Origin: a virus
Taxonomy: Duplodnaviria > Caudoviricetes
Strand: one strand, 5' to 3'
Virus record (IMG/VR): IMGVR_UViG_3300031867_000037
Span: 1-64,000 of that record
Length of the DNA: 64,000 nucleotides
Below, piece by piece: positions 17,370 to 24,782 of this stretch; positions within the stretch are counted from its first letter, which is position 1; every line of letters starts with the position of its first letter. The notes under the pieces are model-generated. The model ran no database searches. It was not told the DNA's origin and was given only the letters and a program-made list of their open reading frames with translations. Both the position numbers and the translations under genes were made by a program.

Positions 17370-17486
17370 CAGAACGTAGCTCAAACGGTAGAGCCGCCCC
17401 TCATGCTGGTTCGAATCCAGCCTGCGAAGCAGTAATTCAAATGGCAGAATCGGGGCTGGTTGCAGGTTCGAATCCTGCCGTTCCGA
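17370..17486 (+). ncRNA. double-elbow tRNA-like RNA (two D arms, two T arms, no anticodon)
   Basis: All helices can be paired by hand; see findings. Confidence 0.75.
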
Positions 17487-17487
17487 T

Positions 17488-17714
17488 GCCGTGGTATCTT
17501 CCCACGTTAAACCAGAGAGGTTTGCAGTAATCCTGAGAGCCCGCCTATTGGCATTAAGCCAAGTAAGGCCTAACCCTTCATGAAGGGGATGTACGGCGGG
17601 AACAAACGAATCCTCCTCCTGTTGGTAACCAGAAAACCAGTCGAGTGAGAAACCTGAAAACGCAGCGGTCTGGCAATGCGGAAGTAGGACGCACCTTTGG
17701 GGATACGGTGCAAC
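17488..17714 (+). ncRNA. putative ~230-nt structured ncRNA
   Basis: Helices CGTGG/CCACG, AAACC/GGTTT, CCCGCC/GGCGGG, TTGGC/GCCAA, GCACC/GGTGC; GC-rich and non-coding. Confidence 0.55.
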
Positions 17715-17716
17715 TC

Positions 17717-17805
17717 GGGAATGTAGCTCAACGGCAGAGCACAGGCAAATTTCGTCCCCGTCCTTCACAGCCTGTTTTTTGTGGGTTCGAATCCCACCAT
17801 TCCGA
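17717..17805 (+). ncRNA. tRNA-like RNA with 23-nt anticodon loop
   Basis: D arm GCTC/GAGC; stem CAGGC/GCCTG; T arm GTGGG-TTCGAAT-CCCAC. Confidence 0.7.
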
Positions 17806-17883
17806 TTGAATCTGTTATTTGCAGATTCAGTTGTTTTAATTCTTTTCTGGCGAGTACCGGTATTGCCGTGCCGGTACTCATTA

Positions 17884-17957
17884 CGGAACGTAGTTTAAAT
17901 GGTAAAACAGTTACATTGCAGATGGGTTGATTGCAGGTTCAAATCCTGTCGTTCCGA
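17884..17957 (+). tRNA. degenerate tRNA (Cys-GCA-like loop, poorly paired anticodon stem)
   Basis: Acceptor CGGAACG/CGTTCCG; T arm with TTCAAAT loop; loop TTGCAGA. Confidence 0.55.
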
Positions 17958-17961
17958 TTAC

Positions 17962-18034
17962 TGCCCCATCGCCAAGAGGTTAAGGCATAGCACTTTGACT
18001 GCTATATTCCCTGGTTCGAATCCAGGTGGGGTAG
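17962..18034 (+). tRNA. tRNA-Gln(TTG)
   Basis: Cloverleaf; stem TAGCA/TGCTA, loop CTTTGAC; T arm CCTGG-TTCGAAT-CCAGG. Confidence 0.92.
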
Positions 18035-18060
18035 CTAAATAAAAATGAGGAGGACAATGA

Positions 18061-18231
18061 ATGGATATTAAATTTTGTAAAGATTCTGGCTGTCATTATT
18101 TTGACGGGTTTGGTTGTGACCGAAGTCCTGTCGTAAAAGAAAATGAAGAAAGGTGTTCCTGTGATGAACGAGAAGCCATACAAGTCAGCGTGGGAGATAT
18201 TCACAGACCCGAAAGAGTTAAAGATAGCTGA
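18061..18231 (+). CDS. possible small Cys-rich protein (56 aa)
   Basis: GAGGAGG RBS 7 nt upstream; overlaps next ORF in another frame. Confidence 0.4.
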   Translation: MDIKFCKDSGCHYFDGFGCDRSPVVKENEERCSCDEREAIQVSVGDIHRPERVKDS

Positions 18232-18562
18232 GAAGATACAGCAAAGAAGATACCAGATGCTTATTCATTCCTGTATTTATTATAGGCTGAATGATAATTA
18301 TATATCTGATACTCAGTGGAATGAATGGGCGCACGAACTGGAACAACTACAAAGTCAGTACCCAACAATATCTGAAAAGGTGACGTTGTACGAATATTTT
18401 AAAGATTGGGATGGAAGTTCCGGAGCATTTCTACCGCTTGATTTACCGTGGGTAGTAAAGAAAGCACAAGATTTATTGGCATATCGAGAAAATAGCAAGT
18501 CTATAGTATTACCACAAAAAGTAGTTCCGAAGAAAAAAAGTTCGAAAAAAAGATTATTCTAG
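18143..18562 (+). CDS. stand-alone NAD-dependent DNA ligase N-terminal (Ia)-like domain
   Basis: IHSCIYYRLNDNYISDTQWNEWAHELEQLQSQYP resembles LigA YY..D.P.ISD.EYD.L..EL..LE..YP; no adenylation KxDG. Confidence 0.65.
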   Translation: MKKGVPVMNEKPYKSAWEIFTDPKELKIAEKIQQRRYQMLIHSCIYYRLNDNYISDTQWNEWAHELEQLQSQYPTISEKVTLYEYFKDWDGSSGAFLPLDLPWVVKKAQDLLAYRENSKSIVLPQKVVPKKKSSKKRLF

Positions 18563-18564
18563 TA

Positions 18565-18593
18565 TTGCTTTTCAGTGTAACGTGTAGTATAAT
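18565..18593 (+). promoter_or_regulatory. promoter TTGCTT-17-TATAAT
   Basis: Spacer ends GTGTAG like the other promoters of this class. Confidence 0.7.
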
Positions 18594-18635
18594 TATAGAG
18601 TAGTAAGTTGCTTGCTCAGTAAGAAAGGAGAGACT

Positions 18636-19133
18636 ATGAGCGGAGTTGATTGGGATTATTATAACAAAGAGGAGTTTAGTAGAATCAGTGACAAGTATTT
18701 GCCGGCAGAGGGCGAGGGTGAAACATTAGCAACACAGATTTGTACTGCGGTGAGCAAATTAGTCTATAAGTGGTACAATGATGGTGATGTATTCGACAAT
18801 TCCTATTATCTTAACGGCTGGGCAAATAATTTATCCAGTTATGCGAATTGGTTATTTACATACGTTCCCGAGGTTCAAAATATTTTGCGTGAAATTAGAA
18901 ACTGTAAGACAGAAGAGGATTATGAGGAATTACTCAAGAAACTCACCGATTATTGTTTCAGAGAAGAATTTATGGACAACATGAGCCGCATAACAAAGCG
19001 TGGTAGTATTTATAATTGTGACGGTCCGTTTCATTTTGAAGCGGACTCAGACGAGGACGAGGACGATGATTGGGAAGAAGAATTTTATGGTTGGGATATT
19101 GACGATGATGAAGATGATTGGGAGGACGAATAA
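18636..19133 (+). CDS. hypothetical protein with very acidic C-terminus
   Basis: RBS AGAAAGGAG; D/E/W-rich tail. Confidence 0.75.
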   Translation: MSGVDWDYYNKEEFSRISDKYLPAEGEGETLATQICTAVSKLVYKWYNDGDVFDNSYYLNGWANNLSSYANWLFTYVPEVQNILREIRNCKTEEDYEELLKKLTDYCFREEFMDNMSRITKRGSIYNCDGPFHFEADSDEDEDDDWEEEFYGWDIDDDEDDWEDE

Positions 19134-19295
19134 ATGGCGGAAATTATGTTAAAAGATGGAACGATTGTAAGTGGTAAACTCTTATATAAATATTTATCAT
19201 TTGAAGGAGATACGAGATATATTTTTTATGTCGAGAATCATGGCGAGATTCGTTGTGTGTTTGAAAATTATGTGTACAAGGAGTATGTTGCATGA
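19134..19295 (+). CDS. small hypothetical protein (53 aa)
   Basis: Hand-translated; coupled at both ends. Confidence 0.55.
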   Translation: MAEIMLKDGTIVSGKLLYKYLSFEGDTRYIFYVENHGEIRCVFENYVYKEYVA

Positions 19296-19624
19296 GACCT
19301 ACAAGATACTACTCTAATAGACAGGAGAAGAAAGTAGCAAAAGCTGTTAGCGGTAAAAGAACTGCTAACAGCGGTGCTACACCGTTTTCAAAAGGTGATG
19401 TAGTCACTACAGATTGGCTTATAGAATGTAAGACTAAAACAAAGGATTGCAGTTCGTTCACAATCAAAGAAGATTGGCTTTTGAAGAACGAAGAGGAAGC
19501 ATTTGCAATGGGCAAGAATAATTCAGCATTGTGTTTTGATTTTGGTCCGAGTGCAAATAAAAGATACTATATTATTTCAGAGCGGTTGTTTGAGATATTA
19601 AAGAACTATATGGAGGATGAATAA
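19292..19624 (+). CDS. PD-(D/E)XK Hjc-type nuclease/resolvase
   Basis: QEKKVAK...NSGA...KGDV...LIECKT. Confidence 0.75.
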   Translation: MRPTRYYSNRQEKKVAKAVSGKRTANSGATPFSKGDVVTTDWLIECKTKTKDCSSFTIKEDWLLKNEEEAFAMGKNNSALCFDFGPSANKRYYIISERLFEILKNYMEDE

Positions 19625-20022
19625 TGAATATTAAAAAGTTAAGTAGGGAAGATGCACTTAAACTGCATACCGAGATGTGGTCAGATATGAAAGAGGATTT
19701 GGGAGATAATCCAAGCGGCGGTGCCAGACTGAATTATAAATCTGAGTGGTGTGATAAGAAGTTTCCGAACTATAGTGTGGCGTTTAATTGTTTGTTGTGC
19801 GAGTATGCAGAACAGAAATTTTCTGAAATGGAGCAAGATGGGTATGAGCCGGATGACCGATGTGAGTTTTGTCCGATTGATTGGAGAGAACTTTCAGCAT
19901 GGGAATATGCAGACGGTGAATTGTGTAAATGCCATCATCCTTATATAAACGGTAAGTGGGATAGTCAAATTTATAAAAGTGCGCCCATTTCAGACATGCT
20001 CGCATTACCAGAAAGGAAATAA
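19624..20022 (+). CDS. Cys-rich hypothetical protein, paralog 1
   Basis: ALKLH.EMW.DM, CLLCEY, CEFCPIDW, APIS..LALPER. Confidence 0.75.
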   Translation: MNIKKLSREDALKLHTEMWSDMKEDLGDNPSGGARLNYKSEWCDKKFPNYSVAFNCLLCEYAEQKFSEMEQDGYEPDDRCEFCPIDWRELSAWEYADGELCKCHHPYINGKWDSQIYKSAPISDMLALPERK

Positions 20023-20024
20023 TT

Positions 20025-20387
20025 ATGAAAGAGAAATTGACAAGAGAACGTGCGTTGGAATTACATCGTAAGATGTGGACAGACATGCAAACTAAACTCG
20101 GAGATACACCATCATTTAGAGATAGAAATAAATTTAAGAGAAACTGGTGTAAAGAGCATGGATTTGAGGATGTAGATTGTTCCTGTTTTTTATGCGAGTA
20201 TTCGGAACAGAACGGTTTATGGTGCGGCGGTGAGTGTTTAATAGATTGGTCGCCTTTAGCCGATGACCCGAATGAGTTCACCAGGTGCACAGACGAATAC
20301 ATAGATGGCGGAGAAATATATGAAGTAGCACCAATTTCAGAGATTCTTGCGTTACCAGAAAGGAGTTTTGAAGATGAAAAATCTTGA
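20025..20387 (+). CDS. Cys-rich hypothetical protein, paralog 2
   Basis: Same motifs as 19624..20022. Confidence 0.75.
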   Translation: MKEKLTRERALELHRKMWTDMQTKLGDTPSFRDRNKFKRNWCKEHGFEDVDCSCFLCEYSEQNGLWCGGECLIDWSPLADDPNEFTRCTDEYIDGGEIYEVAPISEILALPERSFEDEKS

Positions 20388-20529
20388 TAGACTAAAGCCA
20401 GTAATTTATTGGATACTCACACCAACAATGGTAGTTTTTTGTATCGCACAATTATTGAATCATAATTATGCGTGGGCAGTCATTGATTTTGTTTTTGCCT
20501 GCATTGATGTGGCAATAGCTAAATATTAA
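20374..20529 (+). CDS. small membrane protein
   Basis: RBS GAAAGGAG; two hydrophobic segments. Confidence 0.6.
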   Translation: MKNLDRLKPVIYWILTPTMVVFCIAQLLNHNYAWAVIDFVFACIDVAIAKY

Positions 20530-20540
20530 GGAGTAAAGAA

Positions 20541-20771
20541 ATGACTGGAAGTAAGCCAAGAATTATTAATTATATGAAATTGCACGGCGGCATCACAAGT
20601 ATGGATGCATTTAAAGATTTGGGCGAAACAAGATTATCTGCTAGAATCTTTGAACTTAGGAAGTTAGGCTATGATATTTCAACCATTGAGATTGAAAGTA
20701 TAAATAGATACGGTGAAGCAGTTAGATATGGAAAGTATGTTTTGAAAGGAGAACCAAATGAAAGAACCTAA
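20541..20771 (+). CDS. winged-helix HTH protein (HTH_39-like)
   Basis: GITSMDAFKDLGETRLSARIFELRKLGYDI. Confidence 0.75.
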   Translation: MTGSKPRIINYMKLHGGITSMDAFKDLGETRLSARIFELRKLGYDISTIEIESINRYGEAVRYGKYVLKGEPNERT

Positions 20772-20997
20772 GTATTTACACGTTGTATTAAAGAATGGAA
20801 CGGTTAGACGATTTAATTATGATGGAGTAAATTTTCATCTTAGTTCTAACAATATTTTTGTAGTGACCGAAGAAGAATCAGAAAGAACACTCTTTGTTAC
20901 ACCGCAAGAAAATTTATACTATTATGAATGTAATGATTGTGAGTATTCTAGTAAAATTTGGAGGGAAAACGATGGCAACGAAAGCACTGGCGATTAA
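20758..20997 (+). CDS. hypothetical protein
   Basis: RBS GAAAGGAG; coupled. Confidence 0.6.
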   Translation: MKEPKYLHVVLKNGTVRRFNYDGVNFHLSSNNIFVVTEEESERTLFVTPQENLYYYECNDCEYSSKIWRENDGNESTGD

Positions 20998-22012
20998 ATA
21001 TAGACCGAAAACGTGGTCAGAAGTAACTGAACAAGGAAGTACCAAGGTAATTTTACAGCAACAGTTAGAGAACGATGGTGTGAAAAATGCATATCTTTTC
21101 TGTGGTCCTGCAGGATGTGGTAAAACAACGTGTGCGAGAATTTTTGCGCATGACATTAATCACGGTGAAGGTAATCCTATTGAACTTGATGCCGCTTCTA
21201 ATAATGGTGTTGATGATGTTCGTGAGATTATCCAGCAGGCGAAAACAAAGAGCCTTAATTCCGAGTATAAAATCTTTATCATTGATGAATGCCACGCAAT
21301 CAGTAATGCAGGCTGGCAAGCAATGTTAAAGATTATTGAGGAACCGCCGGCAAAGAGTATCTTCATCTTTTGCACAACCGATCCACAGAAGATTCCTAAG
21401 ACAATTCTTTCCAGAGTGCAGAGATATGATTTTCAGAGGATTAGCACAGAGGGAATTGTAAAAAGATTGGATTATATACTTGATAATGAACGTGATGAAG
21501 ATGATGCACATGATATGGATGCTATTGAGTATATAGCCAAATTAAGCGAAGGTGGATGTAGGGACGCAATTACTATGCTTGATAAGTGTCTTGCATATTC
21601 AAAGGATTTAACATTAGACAATGTAGTAAAAGCATTAGGTACAACTGATTATGATACAATGTTCCATCTTACTGATTGTCTCTTACAATTATGCGGCGAA
21701 GAAGCAGATAAAGAAGCCATTCAGATTATAGAAGATATTTACAATAGTGGTAAAGAGTTGAAGACATTTGTAAGGCAGTATGTTCAGTTTCTTCTTGACT
21801 TATCGAAGTTTGACATTGGGTGTGACTGGAAGTATCTTACACTCCCGAAGCTAAAAGAATATGAGATGTGGCTTAATGATTGCGGAGATAGAGAGTTTGA
21901 TGCAATTAATAAATGGCTGTCAGTGTTTGTAAATCTTAATGCCGATATTAAATGGTCGCAGTCTGTTAAGTATGATATTGAAGCGGCAATACTTGTGAAT
22001 TGGAGAACATAA
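20972..22012 (+). CDS. dnaX: DNA polymerase III gamma/tau clamp-loader subunit
   Basis: LAIKYRPKTW, GPAGCGKTT, ELDAAS, IIDECH, TILSR. Confidence 0.92.
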   Translation: MATKALAIKYRPKTWSEVTEQGSTKVILQQQLENDGVKNAYLFCGPAGCGKTTCARIFAHDINHGEGNPIELDAASNNGVDDVREIIQQAKTKSLNSEYKIFIIDECHAISNAGWQAMLKIIEEPPAKSIFIFCTTDPQKIPKTILSRVQRYDFQRISTEGIVKRLDYILDNERDEDDAHDMDAIEYIAKLSEGGCRDAITMLDKCLAYSKDLTLDNVVKALGTTDYDTMFHLTDCLLQLCGEEADKEAIQIIEDIYNSGKELKTFVRQYVQFLLDLSKFDIGCDWKYLTLPKLKEYEMWLNDCGDREFDAINKWLSVFVNLNADIKWSQSVKYDIEAAILVNWRT

Positions 22013-22272
22013 TGAGAAGATACGAAGATGAAGATGTTATAGCTATTGGAACACTAATATCATATGGATATACTTTGCTTAGGATTGAAGCTGATACTAG
22101 AGTTCCCCATTCAACAGCGCATAAATTAGTTATGGATAGATTGCAGAGTTTAGATTGTGATTTATATAATAAGTGCCTTTCTGCATTTAGTGTGAATAAA
22201 CGCCGTAATCTTAACATAATTAACGAAAGGAAAAAGCATGATAGGACAACAACATCTACAAAGTCAGATTGA
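22012..22272 (+). CDS. SpoIIID-like HTH regulator
   Basis: VPHSTAHKLVMDRLQSL...NK matches SpoIIID VSKSTVHKD..ERL..I...NK. Confidence 0.55.
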   Translation: MRRYEDEDVIAIGTLISYGYTLLRIEADTRVPHSTAHKLVMDRLQSLDCDLYNKCLSAFSVNKRRNLNIINERKKHDRTTTSTKSD

Positions 22273-23092
22273 ACAACTTATTGATAATGGCACATTCCCT
22301 AGGTTCAGCATTTTTGTTGGGCCGCGGGGAAGTGGTAAAAAGACATTATTGTTAGAAATGTTCGAAGGAATCTATCTTGAAGATAATAAGGTAGATTCTG
22401 TTCGGAAGATGATAGAGATGGTGTATAAAGTCGGTAATAGAACCTTTATTATGCCAGATGCCGATACAATGTCAGTTGCCGCTAAAAACGCTCTGCTTAA
22501 AGTCATTGAAGAATGTCCCAATGATAACTACTTTATTATGACATTAGAGGATGAAAATAATACTCTTGAAACAATCAGAAGTCGTGGAACAGTATTTCAT
22601 ATGGATAGATATAAGCCAGATGAAATATTTGAGTATTATTGGTCATTAGAAGGAAGTGAGTTGATGCCGCATGGTATGCCTAATGATGCAGAACTTGTTA
22701 GGGAATTATGTGAAACTCCTGGTGATGTACAAATACTTGTAAAAATGGGAGTACAAGAGTTTTATGATTATGCCCAGTTAGTGGTTGATAATATAGCCGA
22801 TGTTTCTTTGGCAAATTCTTTTAAAATTCCTAGTAAAGTAGCATTAAAAGAAGATGCAGAAGGATATGATTTACGATTATTCTGGAAAGCCTTTATTCGA
22901 ATTTGTTTTGAACGTAGTTTTGATGATATGGAAGACAAGTTTGAAGAATGTAAACATTCGGTAAGTTATATGTGTGCGGCACAAGTAACGAGTGGTTATT
23001 TATCACAGTTACGTGTAAAAGGAATAAATAAGCAAATGCTTATGGATAATTGGATAATTGATGTTAGAGAGGTTTTAAATGAAGCGGTATAA
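22238..23092 (+). CDS. holB: clamp-loader delta-prime-like subunit
   Basis: GPRGSGKK, AKNALLKVIEE, ETIRSR. Confidence 0.8.
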   Translation: MIGQQHLQSQIEQLIDNGTFPRFSIFVGPRGSGKKTLLLEMFEGIYLEDNKVDSVRKMIEMVYKVGNRTFIMPDADTMSVAAKNALLKVIEECPNDNYFIMTLEDENNTLETIRSRGTVFHMDRYKPDEIFEYYWSLEGSELMPHGMPNDAELVRELCETPGDVQILVKMGVQEFYDYAQLVVDNIADVSLANSFKIPSKVALKEDAEGYDLRLFWKAFIRICFERSFDDMEDKFEECKHSVSYMCAAQVTSGYLSQLRVKGINKQMLMDNWIIDVREVLNEAV

Positions 23093-23315
23093 ATTAACAA
23101 TAGAAGAAACAAGAACATTTGTCCATGAAGTAATTATTGAAACCGATGTGGACATAGACGATTTGTGCAATAATTTAGAGCAAGAGTTGGAAGTAGCTGA
23201 TGATATATGGTATTCAAATTATAGGGACGAAATGAATATTATTGATATGTCCGAAGACGAAGCGCCAGATATTGATTTGGAGATTTCAGCTTATTCTGAG
23301 GTGGTAGAGAAATGA
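23079..23315 (+). CDS. hypothetical acidic protein
   Basis: Coupled ORF. Confidence 0.6.
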   Translation: MKRYKLTIEETRTFVHEVIIETDVDIDDLCNNLEQELEVADDIWYSNYRDEMNIIDMSEDEAPDIDLEISAYSEVVEK

Positions 23316-23605
23316 AGTTATATAAAGTCAATATTTGTGGTATTCCGCATACAGTTATTTTACGTAAAGATGATTTTGATAGTGATGCAACACACTTTGG
23401 TCAAATTGATTATAAGTCGGCAGTAATTAAGATAAATGAAGATGTTTCATCTGAGCAGAGAGAGGAAACTTTATGTCACGAAATTTTACACGGTATTTTA
23501 ATGCATATCGGTAGACAAGATTTAGGAACCGATGAACAGTTGGTCAGTGTATTGGGTAATGCAATTAATCAAAGTTTTTTAGTAAAGAAGGAAATGATTG
23601 TATAA
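23312..23605 (+). CDS. HExxH metallopeptidase-like protein
   Basis: ETLCHEILHGIL. Confidence 0.7.
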   Translation: MKLYKVNICGIPHTVILRKDDFDSDATHFGQIDYKSAVIKINEDVSSEQREETLCHEILHGILMHIGRQDLGTDEQLVSVLGNAINQSFLVKKEMIV

Positions 23606-24552
23606 TGGATGTTGGTACATTAAAATCCCATATAAAATTAAAAACAATTCCTTCGTTTTTAATTTTCGGTGGAGAAGAATGGAAAGTACAGGAGATATAT
23701 ATTCAGCAGATAGTAAAAGCAACAGGATTTGAAATAAAAAGAATTGATTCAATAACCGATGTTTATGCAAATTTAAAGAATCGTTCCTTTATTCAAAAGC
23801 CGGTCATTTACATAGTTCGTGATGATAAGGAACTTATGCAGAATGAGAAGATACAGGCACAGATAGAAAAGGGCCTGTTGAATGATAACATTCTGATACT
23901 TTTACTCACAAATATTGACAAGCGCACAAAGTTTTATAAGCAGTTTAAAGAGCGTATTTGCTTGTTTGAGCGACTTTCTGATAGTTTATTGAAGAAGTAT
24001 GCGCTAAAAGAATTAAAGCTGTCTGAGAGCGATTTAAAGCGTCTGGTCAATATATGTGAACACGACTATGGCAGAATTTTGCTAGAGATAGACAAGATAA
24101 AATGTTATATGCTGGCATCTGAAATAGCTGGATATGATTGTACCTGTAGTGAAGCGTTACATGATTTGTTAGAGGACGGTACAATATATAATCCGCCGTA
24201 TGATGCAATATTTGATTTAGTGTCAGCGATACTGGATAGAAAAGTAAATAAGGCATTTGATTTACTTCAACAGTCTTATGCAATGGGAGAAGCCACATTA
24301 GTAATATTGTCGGTTTTGTATAAAGGAGCAAAAGCAGTATTACAGATTCAGACTTATGAAGGAGACAATTTAAGTAAAGCTACAGGACTGAGTGGTTGGG
24401 AAATAAAGAACGCAAAGCCGCATGTGAATAAATATGGGGACGAGGAATTAATCTACATACTTCAACTCATTCAGAAGATAGAGCGAGGAATTAAGACAGG
24501 ACGTATGGAAGATGAATTCGCCATGCAGTATCTATTAACGCATATAATGTGA
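23605..24552 (+). CDS. holA: clamp-loader delta-like subunit
   Basis: FLIFGGEE, IDKRTKFYK, LEIDK, IFDLVSAI patterns typical of HolA. Confidence 0.75.
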   Translation: MDVGTLKSHIKLKTIPSFLIFGGEEWKVQEIYIQQIVKATGFEIKRIDSITDVYANLKNRSFIQKPVIYIVRDDKELMQNEKIQAQIEKGLLNDNILILLLTNIDKRTKFYKQFKERICLFERLSDSLLKKYALKELKLSESDLKRLVNICEHDYGRILLEIDKIKCYMLASEIAGYDCTCSEALHDLLEDGTIYNPPYDAIFDLVSAILDRKVNKAFDLLQQSYAMGEATLVILSVLYKGAKAVLQIQTYEGDNLSKATGLSGWEIKNAKPHVNKYGDEELIYILQLIQKIERGIKTGRMEDEFAMQYLLTHIM

Positions 24553-24553
24553 G

Positions 24554-24781
24554 GTGATAATTATGATGGTAAAAGGATATGTAAGAATTTCTTTAAGTTT
24601 GAATGTTTATGACCTTGAAACGGATGCAGTTTGTACTGATAAATACGGAAATGTAACAATATCAGACCCAGACCAGTTCTTTATGGACTGGTGCGATAAT
24701 TGGAAAAATGGAATTGGTGAACTGCTTGGCGCATCAGATGAAGATGTTGACCTTACTTATGAGGAAGAAGAGGAAGAATGA
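24554..24781 (+). CDS. hypothetical acidic protein
   Basis: Coupled ORF. Confidence 0.55.
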   Translation: MIIMMVKGYVRISLSLNVYDLETDAVCTDKYGNVTISDPDQFFMDWCDNWKNGIGELLGASDEDVDLTYEEEEEE

Positions 24782-24782
24782 A

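Noticed and set aside
17488-17714. Pistol ribozyme call
   Set aside because: Ends resemble pistol from memory, but the pseudoknot/P2/P3 arrangement and compact size do not fit; kept only as unknown RNA.
17235-17768. 177-aa minus-strand ORF
   Set aside because: Reverse complement of GC-rich RNA genes; no RBS or protein-like features.
19784-20302. 172-aa minus-strand ORF
   Set aside because: Antisense to the paralogous pair; no RBS.
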